This document shows positions 33,163 through 43,255 of a DNA stretch of 64,000 nucleotides, piece by piece. Position numbers and translations under genes: made by a program. Where the stretch lies: contig CAVZRV010000028.1 in assembly GCA_963777605.1 (NCBI GenBank), positions 32,001 to 96,000 on the forward strand. The letters run 5' to 3'. The notes below the pieces were generated by a model, which was not told the DNA's origin, did no database searches, and worked only from the letters and a program-made list of their open reading frames with translations. Each line of letters begins with the position of its first letter. Positions within the stretch are counted from its first letter, which is position 1. The DNA is from an uncultured Acidobacteriota bacterium. GTDB taxonomy: Bacteria > Acidobacteriota > UBA6911 > RPQK01 > JAPXNP01.

Positions 33163-33440
33163 ACCAACCCTGGTGCGCCACCGGACACAGAGGCGGGGGT
33201 AAGGAACGCGTCGCCCGGGGTCCGGTGCAGTGCCGGGAACGCAGGCCCAGGGAGGGCCTGCCTCTGTATGCCCGGCGGCCCGTTCGGTTTGCAACCAACC
33301 CCGGTCCGTTCGGTGGACGACCAACCCTGGTGTGCCCGGTGGGCCAGGGTGCCACCGGACACAGAGGCGGGGGTAAGGAACGCGCCCCCGCTTCCTTTGG
33401 TGTGGCAGCCAGCCGTCGGGTCAGGCAGCCAACCCCGGGG
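33163..33440. repeat. Intergenic repeat region with an exact 34-bp direct repeat (second REP-like family)
   Basis: GCCACCGGACACAGAGGCGGGGGTAAGGAACGCG at 33177 and 33351; CCAACCC(T/C)GG four times. A 19/20 match lies inverted at 61608-61627. Confidence 0.8.
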
Positions 33441-33471
33441 TCCAACGGCTCTCTTCTTAGCGCCCCTCTGC

Positions 33472-35716
33472 CTACTTATCCTCCAGCTTCAGGATGACGC
33501 AGATGAGGTCGCCGACGTCGGTCTTCCCGTCTTGATTGCAGTCGACTCTCGCGCCGGTTGCGGACTCGTCGCTGAGCACCTTGACGATTTCGAGCAGGTC
33601 ACCGGAATCGAGTTTGCCGTCTCCCTTAGCGTCGCCTGGGGCTGTCGCTCCGGATGCCGACCTTCTCAAAAGCATCCCGCTGTGCCGGGAGGTGAGCCAG
33701 CCGGTGCCGTCGGGCGCAACGTCGAAGACAAATCCGTTCTGGTCGTTGCCGAAGTAGCCGCCGTCCGTTACGCCTGTCCAAGTCTCTCCGCCATCGATGG
33801 TCTTCAGCAGGCGTGCCGGGTTCGAGCCGTCCGCGTTGGCACCGACCGCAAGCCAACCTTGTTGGCGGTTGACAAACCGAATTTGGTCCCGGGTATCGAG
33901 GGCCGTCTGATCGCGTTGCGCGACCTGGTTCCAGGTCGTTCCCTTGTTGGTTGTCCGGTAGACTGCAACGCCGCCCTGTTGTCCTGCGCCAACCGACCAG
34001 CCGTACTCCTCGTCGAGCAACTGGAGGCCGGTGTACGTCGCGGGCCCGGAGGGGTAGGACCAGGTCTGGCCGCCGTCCCTGGTGCAGGCCATGGCTCCGC
34101 ATTACGGCGCAGTACTGCGTGTCGCTGACGTGGTCTACCCTGGTGTAGCGATTCCCGGGGCCGGCATCCCGGACTGTAGTCCACGTCGTGCCCCGATCAC
34201 TGGTGGCGATGATCCTGCCCGCGCTGTCGCTCGTTGTAATTGCGGTCCAGATCGAATCGGGGGAAGCGACCGAAAGGATCGCTTGCTGGTACGAGCCCTC
34301 CTCCCCGGCATCAATCGGAGCCCAGGTCGCCCCGCTGTCTAGCGACTTCAACAAATCGGCAGGCGGGTCGTAGCCCTCCGTCAATGTCCAGACTTCGGAA
34401 TTCTGGATAATCTTGACCCCAGCCCAGCGAGGGGGGCACATCCCGGGAAACGGGCATGGGATCTCGTGCAAGAGCGGATTCTGCCACGATCCTCCGGAAA
34501 GAGTCTGTGTGAAACTGTTCCAGAAGCTTCCGTCAAAACCAAGGGCAAGCCCTTTTAGCGAGCCGGATGAGAGATCGATGTCCACGTAGCTGAAGCCGGT
34601 CAGCTTCTCCACGCGATCCCATTGCAGGCCGTCGCTGCTGGTCAGAACCCTTTCCTGGCAAAGACCGGAGGCGCAGGGCCAGGCTCCGGCACCCTGACTG
34701 ACAAAGAGCCCTCCACCTGCTACCGCCACATAATGCAGAACGCTCACTGGTTCCCTAACGATCGGAAGCTGGGTCACACAGTTGTGGCAGAAATCGGTGC
34801 GGTTCCATGTCTCTCCCCCATCCACGGTCTCGAGGAGGACACCTCCCGCGCCGACGTCAAGGTCGCTGAAACTCCCGGTCACCCAGCCGTGCAGGGCCGT
34901 AACGAACGCCATATCGGTGACTTGGAAGATATCGGCTGGAAGAGTGGACTGCTGCCAGATTCCATTCTCCCCGTGTCGGTAAACCAGGATCGGCCTTTGG
35001 GCTCCGGGCAGCTCGGGACCACCCAAGGCATAATGATCCGTCCGAGTCGGGGCCTCCAGCGCCGTCAGACGCTGGTCGTCATAGTCGCGTCGAGAGACGG
35101 TCTGGAAATCATCGGCCGTCTCGATGATCACCCCCAGCCATCCCATCCAGTCGGAATAGTAGTTGCCCACCAGGGTGGCACGCCCGTCCCCGTAAATCTG
35201 CAGACCCGTGAACTCGCCCGGCCACTCACCCGAGTCGTAGAGCAGTTCCCAACTGGCCCCGCCGTCGAGCATGGAAGCGAGGATTGCCTGGCCGACCGGG
35301 TTTCTTCCAACCGCGTACGCCCGCAGGGGGCCCGTCATCTGAATACGGTTGAGATACGCGATCGAGTCGGGAAGCGCGTGGACGGTCCAGCTGACTCCGC
35401 TGTTCGAACTGTAGGCGATCCCGGACAGGGTTTGCGCCATGGCGTAGCCGCCCTCGAAGAAGACGAGTCCGCTGATCCAGCTATCCTCAGTCAGCTCGGG
35501 CGCGACCTGCGTCCAGACCCAGTCCCCATCCTGCTGCACCCCCTTGACCAGCAGGTCTCCCCCCAGCCAGACGACGTCGTCCGCAGGGTCGGCGGTCGCC
35601 CGGTTCTGGACCGCGATGGAAAAGAAATCCCCCCCCGACACCCACTCCCAGTCCCGTGCCTGGGCTGGCAGCGTCAGCAGGAAAACGGCAAGCAGTGCTG
35701 GCTTGATTCGCTTCAT
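33472..35716 (-). CDS. YCF48/BNR-like beta-propeller protein with C-terminal dockerin (one frameshift near 34100)
   Basis: Signal peptide, many (S/T)xDGGxTW boxes. C-terminus PGDAKGDGKLDSGDLLEI...DCNQDGKTDVGDLICVI is a duplicated dockerin F-hand. Confidence 0.82.
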
Positions 35717-36909
35717 GATGATCCTACCTCTGCTGGGGAACGGTGATGTCGAAGGTGGTCAGTCAGCACCAGGCCGGCCTGCTTCAGAGCCACGGCGCCG
35801 ATGGGGAGGCTGGCGGTCACCTCGATCGACCCCTGGAACTCGGGCAGTGCCGAAATCGCGGCGAAAAGCTCCCTGGAGAACTGGGGCAGGTGCTCGTACG
35901 GATGCAGGGTGACAGTGCGGGTGGAGAGAACGTCCCCATCCACTTCCTTGACACGAAGTTGCACCACCACCGGGGAGTCGTTGACGTTGTACAGGGCGAT
36001 CCCCGAGTCGTAGACAGCAGCCTTGTAAACGATCGGGATCTCGAAGAAATTGACCAGCGAGGAGGCGGAAACGCCGGCTGCGGTGATGCTCTTGCCGGAC
36101 GGGTCGAACAGCTCGAAGACGATCCGGCCCTCAAGGGGGGCCGTGGCGACCAGGCTGGCGGTCCCCGCCCCCAGGTCCCCGGTCCCGGCACTGTTGAGAA
36201 ACCTGGTGCCGCTCGGGGGAACCGAGAGCGTCAGGGTGGATGCGGTCTGCCCGCCCTCCATCTGGATCTCCCAGGGAACCCCTCCGGAGCGGGCAAAGGA
36301 AATCTCGACGTCGGAAGTGGCGTTGGTGAAGTTGACGAACATCAACTGGGTCTGGAACCGGCCCCCGGCAAAGGTCCCGTTGACGAACTGGGGAAAGACG
36401 GCCAGGTTCTGATCGGCGCCCGGCGTGTTCGGCTGGTTGGTGATGTTGAGCTTTCCCGCCGTTACCTGGGTCGCGAGTTCCGCGCCGGACGAATCGTAGG
36501 CGGCCACGTTGGCGAGCGTGAGGTTGTGGCTCGATCCGAACCCGGCGCCGAAGTCGATATCGGCCACGACCTGCGCGGCGGTACCGGACGCGGCTCGAAA
36601 CGACGCCCGTGAAGAGGAGAAGATGGTGACGTTCACCTTGCCGGCCTTGACCCCGGCCCCGGCGCTGTGATCCCCGAGGAGGTCACCCTTCACCAGGTCG
36701 TCTTTACTGGCCACGGTCAGCACGGCCGAGTCGAATTCCAACAAGCTGAAGAACATGGTCGAGATCTGAGTGGCGTCTTCCACCATGACCGGTATGATTA
36801 CCGGCGTCCCGGGCAACCCGTTCACATCCGGTATCCGGACATGTACGGTGCCGAATGCGCTTGGATTCAGCACTATTCCCAGCAAGAATACCAGTATCCT
36901 CTTCATCAC
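35713..36909 (-). CDS. Secreted cohesin + FPQ-domain adaptor protein
   Basis: Signal peptide; GLPGTPVIIPVMV...LEFDSAVLTV (cohesin); FPQFVNG...DSGIALYN...ELF...VALKQ. The last codons appear shifted by a CTGA duplication. Confidence 0.8.
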   Translation of the reverse strand: MMKRILVFLLGIVLNPSAFGTVHVRIPDVNGLPGTPVIIPVMVEDATQISTMFFSLLEFDSAVLTVASKDDLVKGDLLGDHSAGAGVKAGKVNVTIFSSSRASFRAASGTAAQVVADIDFGAGFGSSHNLTLANVAAYDSSGAELATQVTAGKLNITNQPNTPGADQNLAVFPQFVNGTFAGGRFQTQLMFVNFTNATSDVEISFARSGGVPWEIQMEGGQTASTLTLSVPPSGTRFLNSAGTGDLGAGTASLVATAPLEGRIVFELFDPSGKSITAAGVSASSLVNFFEIPIVYKAAVYDSGIALYNVNDSPVVVQLRVKEVDGDVLSTRTVTLHPYEHLPQFSRELFAAISALPEFQGSIEVTASLPIGAVALKQAGLVLTDHLRHHRSPAEVGSS

Positions 36910-36969
36910 ATTTCTCCCCTCTTGTGGGCTCGAAACCCCGGGACCTCTGCGGCTTCGTGCTCTCGCGTT

Positions 36970-39900
36970 TCACCATGAGCCTTTCCCGAAGTTGACGCCT
37001 GCCTTTAGTCTTTCCCAATCAAGCGTCGTGATCCCCACCACTTCAGCGTCCCCTCGTTTGACGGTGTAGTGCACCTGGGTGACCCGGGGCTGGGCGTCAT
37101 TCCCGGATGCCGACCAGTGTCCGTCGATCCCGGAAGGCAGCAGTACCGGGTGATCGGGCGCGACCGCGAGCGGCAGGCCCTGTATCTGGACAAGCCGGCG
37201 GTTGGAGTAGTCGATCAGCTGTGGATCACGGATCTTGCCGATAAAGGAATACTCGGCGGTGACATCGACAGTCGGGTGATAGGAGTTGAGATTGATTTGC
37301 CCGGTGATCTTGACGGTCGTTGTGTTTGTGTACGGCGGCGCGTCCCAGGGATTCTCTTCCTGCTGTTCCGTGAACTCGACGTCGAATTTGAATCCCGTTG
37401 GACTCCCGGTCCAATTCAGCGGGAGGGCCCCGGCGTTCTCCACGCTGACCCGGCCGATCGCGCTTCCGTCCCCGAGCCTAATAGCGGCGCCTTCTGAGTT
37501 GTACTCGTTGAAACTGGGCTCCCAGACCGACGCGCTGAAGCTGCGGTACTCGTCCTTGAGGTACTGCAGAACATCCCCAACCTTGATATCCCCGACCTTC
37601 TCTGACACCCCTCCCACATTGAGCATCACGGTCACTTCATCCTTACCCAACACGCTGTCCGGGACGTAAGGAGAGACCTTGCCGGGTTGCCACTCTGCAT
37701 AAAGCTGTGCCGCCTCACCGTTGAAAGTGACCGAACTCGAGGGGTGCTGCTCTCCAAACCCATCACCCCAACTTGTGACGGGAGACCTCGGCCAGAGCAT
37801 TTCTTGGTCAGGCTGTGTCCAGATTCTGGGCCTGACAATGTAGCGGCCCCATTCGACCCCAACGCTTTCGGAGTAAAGCCAGAGATCACCTGAAATCGCT
37901 TCACTGGGAATGGTGAATCGAATCTCGCTTGGCTCCCATCCCCAGAAGAAGTCGATCTTGAGATCGCCCAGCATGACGTAGCAACGGGAATCTCCACAAT
38001 CGTTACCGAACCCCGTGCCGGTGATCGTGACTTCCTCTCCGATGTGGGCTTCCGGCGGACTGATGGAAGTGATCTCAAACCCGGCCAGAATGTAGAAGGT
38101 TTCGGCTACGACCGGGACGTCCTCCACTTCGACCACCAGGTATCCGGTCTGCGCACCTGCAGGCACGGCGCAGATGATCTCGGTGTCGGTCCAGGTCGGG
38201 CAGGTCGCGGAAGCCCCCCGAAGGAGACAAACCCGGAATCACCAAACCCGCTTCCCGTGATGGTGACCTCATCCCCGATTCGCCCTTCGGACGGAGCGAA
38301 CCCGGTGATCGTCTGGGGAGGCTGGAGCATCGTGAAAGGCCCGGCCGTGACATCGGAGCCGGCCACCCAAACGACCAGGTCTCCGGTGAGGCCGGCCGCC
38401 GGGACCCGGACCTGGAGCTCGGTGTCGCTCCACGAGATGTAGGAGTCGGCGGGGACTCCCCCAAAGCGGACGACGCTAACGCCGCGATTCTCTCCGAACC
38501 CGGTGCCGGCGATCCAGACTTCATCCCCGGGGTAGCCCTGGTGGGGCAGGTAGCCCGCGATCGTGTGAGTCCGCACCGTAAACTGCCCGGCGTCGGCCGT
38601 CTTCCCCTCGACGTTCAGGAGCAGCGCTCCCGTTTTGGCACCGCCGGGGACCCTGCCTCAATTTGGGAGTCGGACCAGGCCGGGTATGCAGTGGCGGGGA
38701 CACCGCCGAAGGTCACGGTACTGCCGCCGCGGACGGCGCCGAAGCCACTTCCCTGGACGGTCACCGACGTTCCGACCGGGCCTTCCCGCGGATCGACGGA
38801 ACTGACCGCCAGCGGTGCCTGGGGTGTCACGCGAGGCCAGACGTTGCCGAAGCGGTCCACGACCGAGACCACGATCTCGTCCTGGCCACTGCCGTCCGGC
38901 AGGGCGTGAGCCTGTTCCGGCCCGGGCCCCAGCGGGATGAGTTCGGCGCCGGGAAGGACCACGCCGTTTCGGTGGATCCGGTACCCCTGGATGTAACCTC
39001 GGGGTATGTCGCCGATTCCCTCCGTCGTCCAGGTGACGGAATCCGGGCTGTGCAGGGTAACACGCGGAGCCAGGAGGAGGTAGAAGGCGATCTGGGTGAA
39101 CACGCCGCTGGTCGTGCCGCTGTTGACGAGCGAGAACTCGAGACCGGTGTTGGGTCCGGTGCTCCCCATGTCGGGAATGGCCAGGGGGGAACTGCGCAAG
39201 TCGCGAAAACCGAGTCCCGAGCTGAGCGGCGTGACCTCGTCATAAGCGGCATCGGCAGTTCCGAGAAAGGGGTATGCCAGCCATTCCAGGGCCCGGTCAG
39301 CCGAAGCGGAGGCATCGATGACGAGGAGGGCCGGGTCCGGGTTGTTCGCCTGCAGGCGGAGGTGCGAGGCGGAAAGGGGGGGCAGGGTCCTTCGGTAGAG
39401 GACGAAGGTGTGCCGGTTCCGGTTGTCGAACGTGAACCGGGGCAGGCCCGAGAGGCTGAGCGTCGCCAGGGTCGCCATCCGGCTCTTGATGGCGCCGTGG
39501 AGTCCTTCGGACGCTTGCGGGGTCTTCAGGATCTCGTCGACGTAGTCCCCGAAGGCCGAGGTCAGGCCGGGTGCTCCGGCCGCCTGGATTCCGGCTCCCA
39601 GGTTGATCAGGTCCGACGTGGAACCGTGTCTCAGGGCAGCGGCGGTCACTTCCGAGCCGGTGCGCAGCTTCAACCAGTCCAGGAAATGAGCCAGGGTGTA
39701 CATGCTGCCCTCGCTGCCGGTCGTGATCGAGACGTCGAGGTACTGGGCGGCGCGGTCGTAACCGAGTGAGGCGGCGCCCCCCTAAAGCTCCATTCTCTCC
39801 GCGTCGCTCAACTGGACGGCGCGGGCTGAATAGTGGTTGGCGGCTGCCTCAACGAACCACTGGTTGTAGACCCACGCGTGCAGGTTAGAGGAATAGTGTT

Positions 39901-40904
39901 GGCCCTGGAGTACGTGAACCAGTTCATGCCCGGCGACGCCGCGCATCTGGTCCCAGGTTCTGAGCTGCTGGTTGCTGATATAGAGATCGCAGAACCAGCC
40001 TCCGCCCAGCTTCGTCTGACCTTCAATTCCGGGTCCGAGGTCTTCGACGCAAGCGCTCATCGGCGCCGATTCGGGGCTGAAAACCCTCGTCCCGCTCGGG
40101 TCGGTGAAGGTCAGGAGCCTGGCGTAAGCGTCGTTGAGGGCGATGTCCAGGTCTTCGATAGAGTCGGGGATGTCCGGATCGCTGGCGTTTCCGGTCCTGC
40201 TGTCCCAGGTGAGATCGTCGAGCACCGCGTCGGAACCGCCGGTCGGGGGGTAGTAGTAAACCTGGAAACTCGATCCTTGGCGATAGGCCGAACGGAGAGA
40301 GGTGTACTTGCGCGCGCGGACCCGGACCCGCTTTTCGTGGGAAGGGCCTGCCTGAAGCGGGATCTCGGTCCCGTCCCGAAGTCCCGCCCCCGAGGCCGCG
40401 GAAAGCGCCGGGTCCAGCTGGAGGTCGAAGAAAAGGGATTGGAGGTCGCTGTCGTACCCGGCCGCGTTTCCGATCGGAACCCAGCGGCTGGTTTCCGGGT
40501 CAAAAGCCTCGGGCGTCAATCGATCCGGTTTCCGAAACCGGCGCCGAAGTCGATCTGCATGACGACCTGGAAGAGCAGTCCGGAGTCTGACTTCAGCAGG
40601 TCGAGGGATGGAGAGAAGGCATGACCCGAACCTTGCCACTTTCACGAACCACATCCAGCCCGTGGTCGAAGAGGACATTCCCAGAAAGGACCCAGTCGTC
40701 CGATTCGACACTGAGTTTCGCCGGGTCATACTCGAGAGTCAGTTGAAGCGCGGAAAGGTCAACCGCTCCATCGATCATCACCGGGACATTGACGGTGGTG
40801 CCGGGAAGCCCGCTGATTTCGGGGACCCTCACCACTGCCTGCCCCAGGGAGGCTGGAACCAGCGACATCACGATCAGCAGGCGTAGCATCGACCTCAAAC
40901 GCAT
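36970..40904 (-). pseudogene. Frameshifted secreted protein: N-terminal cohesin, HExxH+E metallopeptidase-like domain, about five IPT/TIG repeats
   Basis: GLPGTTVNVPVMIDGAVDLSALQLTLEYDPAKL (cohesin); AGHELVHVLQ...WFVEAAA; repeated P.EG.IG.EVTITGxGFG. Five or more ORF pieces. Confidence 0.72.
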
Positions 40905-41120
40905 TCCTCCGGCAAGTTGAGTGTAAAGGCAAATTGGATTTCGATGAAGTGGCTTGGCGAATTAATCTCCGAATGCCGCTGTAGAAGCCACTGGAAATCT
41001 GCGGGAAAGACAGGGAAGACTGTTGAAGCGTAATGACTTGATCCCCATTTCCGGGAGCTCTTCTGAGGGTTGCTGTCGATGGAAAAAAGGAAGTCCTATG
41101 TCGTCGGAAGAACTCGATTT

Positions 41121-41323
41121 GAACAAGGGACAGACTGGTTCCCGCCCAGGCTGTGAACAAGAACAAGGTTCCCGCCCAGGCTGTGAACAAGAACAAGGGA
41201 CAGACTGGTTCCCGCCCAGTGCCGCTGCGGCGGCAACAGGAATCAGCCTGTTTGAATGCATAAGCCGACAGGCGGAATGGTTGGCGATCGGGTCAGTTGC
41301 AGCGACAGCACGAGTCTGTCCCT
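41121..41323. repeat. Tandem 40/30/30-bp units containing the GGGACAGACTG motif, plus an inverted motif
   Basis: GAACAAGG(GACAGACTGG)TTCCCGCCCAG x3, the middle unit lacking the bracketed 10 nt. GAGTCTGTCCCT at 41312. Confidence 0.88.
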
Positions 41324-41499
41324 ATCTAGCAATTTACGGTAACCGCGAGAGAGAAGGGGACGGCCTTCGTGGGAACGACCGGAGCGGACCTGGAGAAGAC
41401 TTTCTCCCACCAGGAAACGCGCATCGTCAAAAACGACACTACGATCAGCTCTCACAACCGGACATCTTGACTTACTGCTGACAATCGCAGCCCGAAACT

Positions 41500-41528
41500 T
41501 TGCAGGAAAATCGCAGTATCATTATAAT
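41500..41528 (+). promoter_or_regulatory. Sigma70-type promoter of mltF
   Basis: TTGCAG-N17-TATAAT in an AT-rich patch, 44 bp upstream of the ATG. Confidence 0.65.
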
Positions 41529-41572
41529 AATAAAATACTTATAAAATTTCCACCTTTTCAGGTCGAGTCTTC

Positions 41573-42925
41573 ATGAGATTCCCCATAGGTCCCTCGCTGC
41601 TCCTCTTTCTGGCCTTCTCTGGCTGTCAGACCCATTCCCGGTTGGAGCCAATCGAACGGGAATTGGTGGTCCTGACCCGGATGGCGCCTACAACGTATTA
41701 CGAAGATCAGAACGGCAATCCGGCCGGTCCCGAATACGATCTGGTCAAAGTGTTTGCCCGGGCGCGAGATGTCCCGGTACGGTTTCAGATCGTGGATACC
41801 ATTGACGAAATTCTCCAGAAGCTGGAGCAGGGCGAAGCCGATCTGGCGGCGGCAGGCCTCACCCTGACTGAATCCAGGTCCGACCGATTCCAGGCGGGGC
41901 CTGCATACCAGGAAGTCTCCGAGATCTGTGTCTGCAGTAAGGCGTCAGAGGTGGATTCCCCCGCAGAACTTGTCGGCGTTCGGCTGGCAATTGGTAAAGA
42001 GAGCAGCTACGAGGAGACACTGCAGAACCTCAAATCCACTATCCCCGACCTGAAATGGACGACGAGAGAACTCTCGACAGAGCAACTCCTTCAGAAGGTT
42101 TGGGAAGAGCAGATTGACTGCACGATTGCGGATTCGAACATTGTGGACATCAACCAGCGCTACTTTCCCGAGATCGAGCGTGCGTTTTCCATCGGCAGCA
42201 AACGCTCCCTGGTCTGGTATATGCCCCAAGGAAGTCCTGTGCCGTCGGAAGAACTCGATCGATGGTTTGAGACACTTCGACAGTCGGGAAGGCTCAGCGA
42301 CATATTGAACCGTTACTACGGCCACATTGATGAATTCGATTATTACGACACCCGGGTGTTCCTCGATCGGATGGAAAGCCGGCTGGAGAAATTTGAGCCG
42401 CTTTTCAGAAAAGCAGCTTCAGACGCCGGATTCCCCTGGCAGTTGATAGCAGCCATCGCCTATCAGGAATCCCAATGGAATCCTGAGGCCACGAGTCCAA
42501 CCGGAGTCCGCGGACTCTTCATGCTGACCCGATCAACCGCACGGGCGCTCGGAGTCGCCAACCGCCTCGACGCGGAGCAAAGCGCGCTGGGCGGAGTCCG
42601 ATACCTCCGACAACTCTTTCAGAGGATCCCGTCATTCATTCAGAGTCCAGACCGTCTCTGGATGGCCCTGGCAGCCTACAACGTGGGATTCTCACACCTC
42701 CAGGACGCCCGTCGACTTGCGATCGACCTCGACCGAAATCCCAACCGGTGGTTTTCCCTCAAAGAGGTGCTGCCCCACTTGACCCAGAAGAAATATTACC
42801 GTCGGCTTCGTCACGGCTATGCCCGAGGTCACGAACCAGTGCTTTTCGTGGAACGCATTCGGCACTATCAAGATCTTCTGACGGAAAAACTCGATCAACA
42901 AGGAGAGTTGGCCGCGCTCAGGTAA
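41573..42925 (+). CDS. mltF: Membrane-bound lytic murein transglycosylase F
   Basis: SBP_bac_3 domain (PTTYY, ADLAAAGLT) plus SLT domain (AYQESQWNP, SPTGVRGLFMLT, ALAAYNVG, GYARG). FSGC lipobox. Confidence 0.93.
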   Translation: MRFPIGPSLLLFLAFSGCQTHSRLEPIERELVVLTRMAPTTYYEDQNGNPAGPEYDLVKVFARARDVPVRFQIVDTIDEILQKLEQGEADLAAAGLTLTESRSDRFQAGPAYQEVSEICVCSKASEVDSPAELVGVRLAIGKESSYEETLQNLKSTIPDLKWTTRELSTEQLLQKVWEEQIDCTIADSNIVDINQRYFPEIERAFSIGSKRSLVWYMPQGSPVPSEELDRWFETLRQSGRLSDILNRYYGHIDEFDYYDTRVFLDRMESRLEKFEPLFRKAASDAGFPWQLIAAIAYQESQWNPEATSPTGVRGLFMLTRSTARALGVANRLDAEQSALGGVRYLRQLFQRIPSFIQSPDRLWMALAAYNVGFSHLQDARRLAIDLDRNPNRWFSLKEVLPHLTQKKYYRRLRHGYARGHEPVLFVERIRHYQDLLTEKLDQQGELAALR

Positions 42926-43028
42926 CTCCAGCAGGCCAAAACCAGTCTGTCCCTTTCTCCACTTCGAACCTCCATGGACTTCACCGTCTCCCGATTTCTA
43001 TTTATGCCAAGTCAGACACAGAACTCTA

Positions 43029-43057
43029 TTGACACAGATTGATAGCCGGGATAGTGT
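43029..43057 (+). promoter_or_regulatory. Possible sigma70-type promoter for the 43256-47961 operon
   Basis: TTGACA-N17-TAGTGT. Confidence 0.45.
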
Positions 43058-43255
43058 CTCTGTGAGAACGAAATCGGCTGGAATACTCCTGTGGCCGACA
43101 CCCGATGGATCGGGACCATTGTCAAAGTCGCCAACCGGGCGTTCTTAAGTCGGTTACGGCTTCAGGATCAGGAAGAAACTTGGGGCTCGTCTCCAGGGAG
43201 ATTCTGATTCTCCCTCCTGCAGCGGCAAATTTCTCTGATATTCGACGGAGGTGCT

